Shown: positions 58,294-64,000 of the stretch, in pieces
Layout of the letters: each line of letters begins with the position of its first letter
Numbering within the stretch: position 1 is the stretch's first letter
From: Candidatus Heimdallarchaeota archaeon
Lineage (GTDB): Archaea > Asgardarchaeota > Wukongarchaeia > Wukongarchaeales > JBHIFL01
Assembly: GCA_046761065.1 (NCBI GenBank)
Contig: JBHIFL010000001.1
Location: 96,001-160,000, forward strand
Reading direction: 5' to 3'
Length of the DNA: 64,000 nucleotides
Translations under genes and position numbers: made by a program
The notes under the pieces: model-generated
Database searches by the model: none
What the model was told of the DNA's origin: nothing
The model's input: the letters and a program-made list of their open reading frames with translations, nothing else

Positions 58294-59709
58294 TCATTTC
58301 TCAGGGAATTCTTTGGTTAATGGGAGGTTCCGCCAAGCCCAAACTGCTGTGGCGGCAAAAATCATGATTTCAGCCACCAGAGAGGACAGAAAGAATATTC
58401 CTATTGGTTCTGTGTACAAAGGGCTTGGAGGCGGATTAATATAAACTTTGCCATTGGATACTTCCAAATAAGAATACCCTCTCGTGTGTACGGACACGGT
58501 GGGGGTAACCCATCCACGAAACATCCCTGTTGTATCGATTGTACCGAAATAGGTTCCATTGACCTCTGCCGTCATGGTAACATTACTTTTAATTTGTTCT
58601 GTTTTCTTTAATCCAAAGATTGGGGGATCTTCACTATTTAGACGTTCAATGACCGTCCCATTCTGATCCGTTATAATTATTGTACCTGTTATATTTGTCC
58701 CATAATCAATCGTGGTACTAGTGTTATTTCCTAAGACATCCACAACAAAGTCTCTATAAGTAATAACTCCCGATAGTTTTGCTAACCATTCCATTATGTT
58801 TTTTAGGAAGACGGCTGTGTCCCCGAAGGCGCTTTGTAGGTCGAATCGGGATTCACCGGATTCAGCCGTTGTGTTCTCATAAGTTACAAATGTAGTGTTG
58901 ACTATCGCAGAAGATCCTACTCCAACAAGTCTCGCGCCAAGAGAAGTTTCCATAGCGACTCCTAAAATAACATCGGATCCGGTTATGTTGCTATTTTCCC
59001 GTGTTGTAGTGGTCGGTGCGCCCCACATGAAAGCGTGAAGATCAACCGAGACATTTTGGAAAGAGATTGGGGGTTGCCACGGTTGTATCTCGGTTGAATT
59101 AATTCGAATGTTTTGGCCATAGAACCCAACTTCTCGAACATTGGCAGTCAGAGGGATTGAATCAAATATCGTGACACGCGCCAGAACCTCGGAGTTGTTA
59201 TAATGAGTAACCGGGTCAATAACGGTATTGTTCTCAAAGGCGAGACCGAACGGCTTTGTAAGTTCGTCTATATTCGTCTTATTGAAGCGAGATGGCATGA
59301 TTAAAAGACTGCCATTGGTGTGTAGAAACTCTGTTATCGCTTCAATCTCACTATCTGAGCCAGAAGTGAAATTCAGTGTTGGGCCAGCAAGAACTAAAAC
59401 ATCCTGATCCTCGAGAACTCTTTCTGTTATCGTTTTAGTATTATTTTCAACTGTATAGGTGCTATTGAGATATTTCCAGAATCCAGCTAACTGCGATTCA
59501 TTATATTCCGGTTCATGAAAGAGGTCAAATAAGATTTTTGTTTCGTTTTTTGGACGGAGCCCATTTTCAGATTCATCTTGAGGCGTAAGTACGCCATGCT
59601 TTATAAGAAGTGGGCTACCTCCTTTTCGATATGGCGCCGCATCAACAAATCCCACAAGAAAATAAGAAGAGAGGAGGATAAATAATAGGACCAATTTGGA
59701 TGCTTTCAT
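58294..59709 (-). CDS. Wbp1/OST48 (DDOST)-like type I membrane glycoprotein (GIFT domain + Ig domain + TM)
   Basis: Signal peptide, GldG/IFT52-type domain (ILFD.FH, DVLVLAGP..F..SEIEAITEFL..GSLLI), GARLVGVGS, N.MEWL...GVI, RGYSYL..V.INP, C-terminal TM, many sequons. Confidence 0.7.
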   Translation of the reverse strand: MKASKLVLLFILLSSYFLVGFVDAAPYRKGGSPLLIKHGVLTPQDESENGLRPKNETKILFDLFHEPEYNESQLAGFWKYLNSTYTVENNTKTITERVLEDQDVLVLAGPTLNFTSGSDSEIEAITEFLHTNGSLLIMPSRFNKTNIDELTKPFGLAFENNTVIDPVTHYNNSEVLARVTIFDSIPLTANVREVGFYGQNIRINSTEIQPWQPPISFQNVSVDLHAFMWGAPTTTTRENSNITGSDVILGVAMETSLGARLVGVGSSAIVNTTFVTYENTTAESGESRFDLQSAFGDTAVFLKNIMEWLAKLSGVITYRDFVVDVLGNNTSTTIDYGTNITGTIIITDQNGTVIERLNSEDPPIFGLKKTEQIKSNVTMTAEVNGTYFGTIDTTGMFRGWVTPTVSVHTRGYSYLEVSNGKVYINPPPSPLYTEPIGIFFLSSLVAEIMIFAATAVWAWRNLPLTKEFPEK

Positions 59710-59855
59710 GATAATCTTCTCAAACGACCTCGAACCCTATTACCCAAATTTAAATCGATCGATTATTCAATTAGTGACTTGCAAGGTTGTGAAGCTGTAA
59801 ATATTTAAACTAGTATAAAACTTCCCCAGCCATCGAATTCTGGGGGGCTGCGTTA

Positions 59856-60419
59856 TTGACACCAAAAGTTTCTTCTAAGCGAATTGTGGAAGGACTAAGC
59901 TCAATATTAGAGTTACGAGGGTATAATATTCTTGAAACCCAAGAACAGGAAGAAGGAATCGACATTATAGCCGAAATAAAAGGGAAATCGGGAAAAAAAG
60001 AACGATTATTAACCTACATACCGGAAAAAGAGGTAGTTGGCGTTAAAATAATTCGAGATATCATAAAAAGGGTGGAAGAAGAAGGATTTGCAAGAGTTCT
60101 CATCTCCGCAAAAGAAAAATTTACCCCCTACGCCAAGAGAGAAGCGGATGAAGCCCAAATCGAGTTACTTGCTGGTCCGTTCCCCCTCTTTGATATTTTT
60201 GCTCATGAGTTGGTTCCCGATCATAAGTTTGCAACCAAAGAAGAGATTGAAAAATTACAACGAAAATTCGGTGTCAAACTATCTCAGTTGCCAAAAATCT
60301 CTGTCAATGATCCCGTTGCTCGAACTCTGGGGGCTCGGGTCGGGGATGTGCTCCGAATTACCCGGGAAAGCGAAACCTCAAAGATATCAGGGGTCTATCG
60401 AGTTGTTATAGAGGATTAG
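59856..60419 (+). CDS. rpoH: RNA polymerase subunit RpoH/Rpb5 with N-terminal extra domain
   Basis: C-terminal FDIFAHELVPDH...QLPKI..NDPVAR.LG...GDVLRITR.S....YRVV. The ~105-aa N-terminal domain contains L..RGY, VGVK.I and FTP.A. Confidence 0.9.
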   Translation: MTPKVSSKRIVEGLSSILELRGYNILETQEQEEGIDIIAEIKGKSGKKERLLTYIPEKEVVGVKIIRDIIKRVEEEGFARVLISAKEKFTPYAKREADEAQIELLAGPFPLFDIFAHELVPDHKFATKEEIEKLQRKFGVKLSQLPKISVNDPVARTLGARVGDVLRITRESETSKISGVYRVVIED

Positions 60420-60563
60420 AATAATAATAGACACGAAAGATAAATGAATAGCACTCTTTACTCTAATACGAGGTTTGAGGGTTTCTGTTGAAGCCTTTAA
60501 GATTCGGGGCTCTTCCCAATTTCAGAGGTCACTATCTTGTTTTAACCCTGAGTGATCAAAAGG

Positions 60564-61556
60564 TCATCGCGAAACGAAATGTTCATACCCTGTTGGGTCG
60601 AGCTCTTCGTCACCCAGGAGGATTTTCCGCTCCCTTATCACTTCGCCAATTTGGGTGACCTTACTTCCCAATTCTTGGAAAACACCTGTAATCATGTCAG
60701 TCATTTTTGCATGGATGGTGAATACTAGCTCGTACTCTTCTCCCCCATACAAAACGAGCTGTTCGGGATTTAGTTTATTGATTTTTGCAAACTTTCTTAC
60801 TGACTCTGGTATTGGGAGGTGGTGGACTCTTATTCCTACTTGACTTGCCTCAGCTAATTCGAAAAGGGATCTGACTAACCCATCACTACTATCAATACAA
60901 GCAGTAGCTATGCCACTCCTCCCAAGGGCAATCCCTTCCCGGACTCGTGCTTTGGGAGTAGTCACAGATCGAACAAGCGTCCTTTTTAACTCAACAGGTG
61001 CCGATAGGTCATTTACTGCAATTTTTAATCCTGCTCCGGTAAGAAATTCTCCAGTTAAAAATACTTTGTCTCCAACCTTCGCCCCACTTCGCGTCATTAC
61101 ATTTTGTGGACAAGCCACACCAAATGTTACTCCCGAAATAATAGTATCCCTAGATTCGGATAAGTCGCCTCCGAGATAACGCATACCATATTCCGCCGCC
61201 CCTTCGCGCATACCACGCACAAGTTCGAGGACATCTCTTAATCGGGTTTTCGGTGGGACACCTATTGAGGAGATGAAACCTCTTGGCTTCACACCTTTTG
61301 CTCCTAGGTCACTTACAGCCATTATCACTGTCTTCCGCCCTCCTTGCCGCAGGGTCATCTTAATATTGGTTGGAATATCAGTTGGCCAGAATAGCGTGTC
61401 AATATTTACAACAAGTAACGAATCCTGTTCAAGAAGGATGCCAACGGCATCATCATTGCCCACTAAAACATCGCTATTATCTATTTCTTTCAAAATCATC
61501 CGGATTAAGCCTTTTTCGCCTATTTTAGAAATAGGATCGTGTTTACCCTTGATCAT
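60564..61556 (-). CDS. thiL: Thiamine-monophosphate kinase
   Basis: IGEKGLI, GNDDA, VSDLGAKG, LGGDL, RSGAKVGD, IDSSDGL, GGEEYEL, GYEHF. Confidence 0.94.
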   Translation of the reverse strand: MIKGKHDPISKIGEKGLIRMILKEIDNSDVLVGNDDAVGILLEQDSLLVVNIDTLFWPTDIPTNIKMTLRQGGRKTVIMAVSDLGAKGVKPRGFISSIGVPPKTRLRDVLELVRGMREGAAEYGMRYLGGDLSESRDTIISGVTFGVACPQNVMTRSGAKVGDKVFLTGEFLTGAGLKIAVNDLSAPVELKRTLVRSVTTPKARVREGIALGRSGIATACIDSSDGLVRSLFELAEASQVGIRVHHLPIPESVRKFAKINKLNPEQLVLYGGEEYELVFTIHAKMTDMITGVFQELGSKVTQIGEVIRERKILLGDEELDPTGYEHFVSR

Positions 61557-61902
61557 ACTTACACCGTCATGGGTCGTGATTTGCGTTTCTCCGTAAACGA
61601 GTTAAAAATCTATAAAGACATGAGCTTCATGATAGAGCAAATGACCGTTAGACTCATGTTTTAAATGATTTAAAACTTATAAAAAAGTTCACTGATTTTA
61701 TATGAGTTTCACAAAAAAGTTCATCGCATCTCATGGAAATCTTCTTATTATAAAGTTTCCTGTCTCTTGAAACAACTTGTATAGAGAAATTGCTTACATA
61801 GTGAGTTATCTCCTCTTGTGAGAAGCATCGGAACCATCATGACTAGGAAGATAGAATCCATCATTCCCACGAGAGCTCGCCAAGAAAAAAGAGTGGGTCA
61901 GT

Positions 61903-63144
61903 TTGGACAAAAACCATGTAGATTTGACTAACAACTCCAGACCTCCACGCGTTTATTTCGGTGTTAATGGCATAGGAGCGGGCCATATCAAACGATCTTT
62001 GCATATTGCTCATGAACTCACTAAGAAAGGAATTGAACTTTCTTTTAGCACATACAACGATCCTGCACTCATTAATCTAATCCAATTAGACGGTTTTCAT
62101 GTCGCAAAAGTCCCTCCAATAGTGTGGGTAGATAGAAAAGATGGCACAATAGATGTGAAGCGATCTATTGTACGGTTTCCGCTCATTGTCATTACTTTGA
62201 TAAAGCAAATTGTCGCTGAGGTCAGACATCTCTTGCAATTTGAACCCGACCTAGTTGTGTCTGATGCACGATTTTCAACAATCGTTGCCGCCAAAATTCT
62301 ACGGCGCCCAGTTATCCTGCTAAACCATGTCTATCGAGTTCCGCTCCCTAAGAAGGGAGCGATGTGGGGGAGAATCCGGCCTCTAAAAGAAGCGTATGAA
62401 ACGTTTCTGAATTTTATCCTGTTTTTCTTATGGCAACGAGCGAATTGCCATTTGGTTCCAGACTTACCACCCCCATGCTTTCTTGCAACAGAGACCCTTC
62501 ATCTACCCGCCTCGTTTCTTGGTCGACTGCGGTTCATTGGGGCGATCATGCCTGCTAACCCCCAATACTCCAATCAAAACGCCCAGAAAGGAGACGGGAG
62601 ACCGCATGTGTTTGTAGTCATTGGAGGGACCGCCTTTGCACGAAAACAAATGACCCAAGTAGTGCATGAGATTGTTAGTGCACTTCCAGATTTCAACTTT
62701 ACAATCACCTTGGGCGATCCATCTCGAAGAAATTATGAGAAACGTGAAGAAGAGGGCGCAAGAATAGTGGAACTCTTCGGCTGGATTGATGATCCTCATA
62801 TGTATTACCAGAAATGTGATGTGATAATAGCTAGACCAGGTCACAATACAGTCACCGAAGCATTACTCCATGGCAAACCCATGTTATTGCTCCCTATTAA
62901 AAATCACTTAGAATACATTTCTATCGCCAAAAAAATCGAAGAGATGGGTATAGGAATTCAATTACTCGAAGGAAAAATCTCTATCGAGAAGGTAAAGACC
63001 GCATTGCAAATACTTCTTTCCCCTAAATGCAAAACTCGGAGCAAAAGACTTGGTATTTGGGCACGAAAATATAATGGACGAAATATTGTGGTCTGTGAAA
63101 TCTTGAGGTATATTACCACTTTAAAACAGTTTAAACGCCGGTAA
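61903..63144 (+). CDS. GT-B glycosyltransferase, GT28/MJ1255-like
   Basis: GIGAGH..R, PDLVVSD, VIGG, DVIIARPGHNTVTEAL..GKP. Confidence 0.85.
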   Translation: MDKNHVDLTNNSRPPRVYFGVNGIGAGHIKRSLHIAHELTKKGIELSFSTYNDPALINLIQLDGFHVAKVPPIVWVDRKDGTIDVKRSIVRFPLIVITLIKQIVAEVRHLLQFEPDLVVSDARFSTIVAAKILRRPVILLNHVYRVPLPKKGAMWGRIRPLKEAYETFLNFILFFLWQRANCHLVPDLPPPCFLATETLHLPASFLGRLRFIGAIMPANPQYSNQNAQKGDGRPHVFVVIGGTAFARKQMTQVVHEIVSALPDFNFTITLGDPSRRNYEKREEEGARIVELFGWIDDPHMYYQKCDVIIARPGHNTVTEALLHGKPMLLLPIKNHLEYISIAKKIEEMGIGIQLLEGKISIEKVKTALQILLSPKCKTRSKRLGIWARKYNGRNIVVCEILRYITTLKQFKRR

Positions 63145-63246
63145 CTAATCATTTGGGTGATCAACAAGCCGGTCCTACATCTGTAAAAAAAGATCTGGAT
63201 ATTATTGATCATATAACTTAAAATTCAGCAAAAAAAGATGTAAAAA

Positions 63247-63373
63247 TGGTGGGCGGGCCCGGATTTCCATGAGATTGCCAATAGACAAGTCCCTGTTGAA
63301 CCGGGGACCTCCACCTATCTTAGATCAGTGATCTTGTAAGGGTGGCGTCATAACCGGGCTAGACCACCCGCCC
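63247..63373 (-). tRNA. tRNA-Val(TAC) with two introns (37/38 63317-63334, 59/60 63264-63294)
   Basis: Spliced: GGGCGGG TG GTCT AGCCCGGTT ATGAC G CCACC CT-TAC-AA GGTGG AGGTC CCCGG TTCAACT CCGGG CCCGCCC A CCA. Clean BHB at 37/38 (CTTA/TAAG core, GATC/GATC outer helix). Confidence 0.9.
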
Positions 63374-63499
63374 ATGCTTCTACTTTTTTGTTTTTAGAGG
63401 GAAATCTACTCTAGAACCTTTGATCATACTATCTCTTTTGTGATAAGTGAACTAATATCACTATGATCAGTTGACTTTAATCTTTATCGATGAAATAAA

Positions 63500-63803
63500 T
63501 GATCTAGTCCGTCATTAGTAATGGAGCTTCCTCCATCGCTCTCTGAGATCCTTTCTGTGCGACGTTCCCTGTGGGGGATCGGGACGGGTTTATGGCTGTC
63601 CTCTGTCGTAGGATATACCCAAGAGACCTGTTCAGAATATTCTGCGCGCCATTCAAGTCGGCTTTATAGACGAACCCACTGGCACATGTGAACTGCCTCT
63701 TGGTTCGTTGGTCGTTAGTGCCACATCGATGGCATATTTGTGAGGGTGGAAGCTTCATAGGCTTCATAAGATCTAAAGAATGCCACTTACACGTCTTAAG
63801 CAA
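63500..63803 (-). pseudogene. 3' fragment of tnpB with degenerate IS right end
   Basis: SQICHRCG....FTCASGF..ADLNGAQNIL (Zn finger + RuvC-III), followed by the right-end-like GAAGCTCCATTACTAATGACGGACTAGATCA. Confidence 0.8.
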
Positions 63804-63850
63804 TTGTAAAATACCTTATTTTCTGACAGCATTAAGGAATATTTCAGGAA

Positions 63851-64000
63851 CTAAACAAGTGTTATCTCAAACTTGCAGCGGTCATGCCCCGTCCCGTGAC
63901 ATTCAAGCTCGCGGGCAACCACATCTCGCTCCGTCAATAAATCCACCCTTCCCCCAATATACCCTGCTTGAAAATCGCAGAAAAGTTCGCCTTGCCCGAA
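63851..64000 (-). CDS. V4R-domain protein (C-terminal part; 5' end outside window)
   Basis: FGQGELFCDFQAGYIGGRVDLLTERDVVARELECHGTGHDRCKFEITLV* shows the C...G...E..C...G...C.F V4R pattern. Confidence 0.8.
   Translation of the reverse strand, partial: FGQGELFCDFQAGYIGGRVDLLTERDVVARELECHGTGHDRCKFEITLV

Noticed and set aside
1052-63212. Many antisense or nested ORFs in the track (e.g. 7160-7777, 9845-10414, 16177-16704, 47384-47917, 53446-53895)
   Set aside because: They overlap confidently identified genes and carry no recognisable motifs, so they are treated as shadow ORFs.

Overview
Archaeal chromosomal window, most likely from an Asgard archaeon. The evidence is archaeal housekeeping genes (HMGCS-thiolase-DUF35, purP pair, mre11-rad50-nurA-herA, radA, alaS, priL-priS) alongside eukaryote-like proteins: an Rpb5-like RpoH with an N-terminal domain, and TRAP-alpha-like, Wbp1/OST48-like, longin-wHTH and JAMM/MPN proteins. 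The strongest signal missed by the ORF track is three minus-strand tRNA genes, all split by multiple bulge-helix-bulge (BHB) introns: Arg(CCT) and Arg(GCG) have three each and Val(TAC) has two. All three carry a T-loop (59/60) intron ending TGGAAA, and the two Arg T-loop introns are related in sequence. A decayed copy of the 5' half of tRNA-Arg(CCT), including its D-loop intron, brackets a multicopper oxidase gene, suggesting an old tRNA-anchored insertion. Other notable items: a Rad50 with no zinc hook, a thiolase with altered catalytic motifs, a very divergent type II GAPDH-like enzyme, a split IPCT/DIPPS cluster with an unannotated membrane microprotein, and one intact IS1341-type tnpB element plus three decayed relatives. 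No CRISPR array or rRNA gene was seen. All assignments come from reading motifs by eye; no database searches were run.
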